This document shows positions 62,339-64,000 of a stretch of DNA of 64,000 nt, piece by piece; the stretch's first letter is position 1, and the number at the start of each line of letters is the position of its first letter. Made by a program: the position numbers and the translations under genes. Location: the NCBI RefSeq assembly GCF_009914755.1, contig NC_060931.1, one strand, 5' to 3'. This stretch comes from the human T2T-CHM13v2.0 reference genome, Homo sapiens. The notes beneath the pieces were generated by a model. The model had not been told where the DNA came from and ran no database searches. It saw only the letters and a program-made list of their open reading frames with translations.

Positions 62339-62725
62339 TCACAATTATTTATCATATTTATTACCTCAAATAATTATTATTTTCTTTGCTTTTTGGGGGG
62401 TGAGAACATGTAGATCTACTCTTTTACCAAATTTCAAGTATACAATGTTGTATATTGTTAACTATATTCACACTGCCATACATTAGATTTTCAGAACTTA
62501 CTGATTTTGCAAACTGAATCTTTGCATACCCTGACCTATATCACAAAGAGAATTTTGAAAGCAGCAAGAGAAAAACATCTTGTCCCATATAAGGGAGGCT
62601 GCGTAAGACTATCAATGGATTTCTCAAAAGAATCTTGCAGATCAAGAAACAGTGGGATGATTCAATGTACTGGAAGAAAGAGAAAGACCAAAAGGAATAC
62701 TTTACCCCAGAAAAGCTGTCCTTTA

Positions 62726-63184
<459 letters not shown>

Positions 63185-64000
63185 CTAAGTTTTCTGCCAG
63201 CTGTGTGGGGGCCAGCCTGCCCCTCTCTATCACAGCCAGCACCTGAACCCTGGGTACCTGAGGACACATATGCCAGCCTGCTTCTGATCCAGTCCCTCCA
63301 GTACTTATGCATGCCATCCAGAGCACCATATAGGGATCTGAGAATCAAGAAAATGGCTAGCCCAGTACACCATTGGCACATGATCGCTCTCTCTGGAGAC
63401 TAAGGCTGTGCTGACCCAGCTAGCCAACACTGCAACAGCTGAAATCCACCCTCATGTGCTGAAAGGTGAAGCTGCTTCCCCTTTGTACACAAAGGAGCAG
63501 CGTTCCTGCATGAGAGAACAGGCAAGCCACAGGGCTGTCTGTATTGGCCTGAGGGAAGAGGTCCTACCCTGAGGTTGCTCCTGTGAAGAGCCACAAGACA
63601 GGCATTTTCAATGGCTCTTGGCTACGTTATGACCTAGAGATAGATGACTGGGTCTGTATGAACTGAGAGTCATGAACTCTGGGACAGGGGTAGGATAGGG
63701 AAACAGATCATGTTCCTACCTACACAGGAGGTAGAGCTGGTACAGCTCCTCCCTCCCTACAGAGACCTGTGAGCATTTCACCAGGAGCTGCACCAGCCAC
63801 CCTCTAAAGGCTACTGTTCACGTTCATCATTGAGATGTTGGTGGGTAAGCTTTGTGGTCCAGCTCTGCCCAGCTGTGTCTTCCCCTCTGGGCTGAACAGG
63901 CAACTCAGAGTCTAGGCATTACATAGACCAGCCTATCACCTGAAACAACAGACAGGAAATCACAGTAAACAAAGATCAAACACACACCATCTGCTTCTGC

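Overview
Human (great-ape-type) genomic DNA, very Alu/L1/LTR-rich. The gene content identifies it as the 7p11.2 PSPHP1-SEPTIN14 interval. On the + strand are two exons of an unprocessed phosphoserine phosphatase duplicate (PSPHP1/PSPHL; 1057-1202 and terminal exon from 9439), with the intervening PSPH coding exon missing. On the - strand are the last four coding exons of SEPTIN14 (55444-55348, 43479-43311, 41611-41479, 32313-32134) and a ~2.4 kb 3'UTR. All splice sites and phases join into one open frame. SEPTIN14 introns carry a truncated CIC-S retrocopy (antisense), a CDCA8/Borealin retrocopy whose frame is still open for 227 codons (sense), and an Alu-U6 composite insertion. A full-length U6 pseudogene lies between the two genes. 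Nearly all other ORFs in the supplied track are Alu/L1 artefacts. I found no convincing new biological system. The best leads are the frame-preserved Borealin retrocopy, the dual-frame PSPHP1 terminal exon, the SEPTIN14-exon10/CIC duplicon, young Alus, and several templated rearrangement scars. Comparisons to parent genes and repeat consensi are from memory, not from an alignment run here. Only representative Alus (of roughly 100) are listed.
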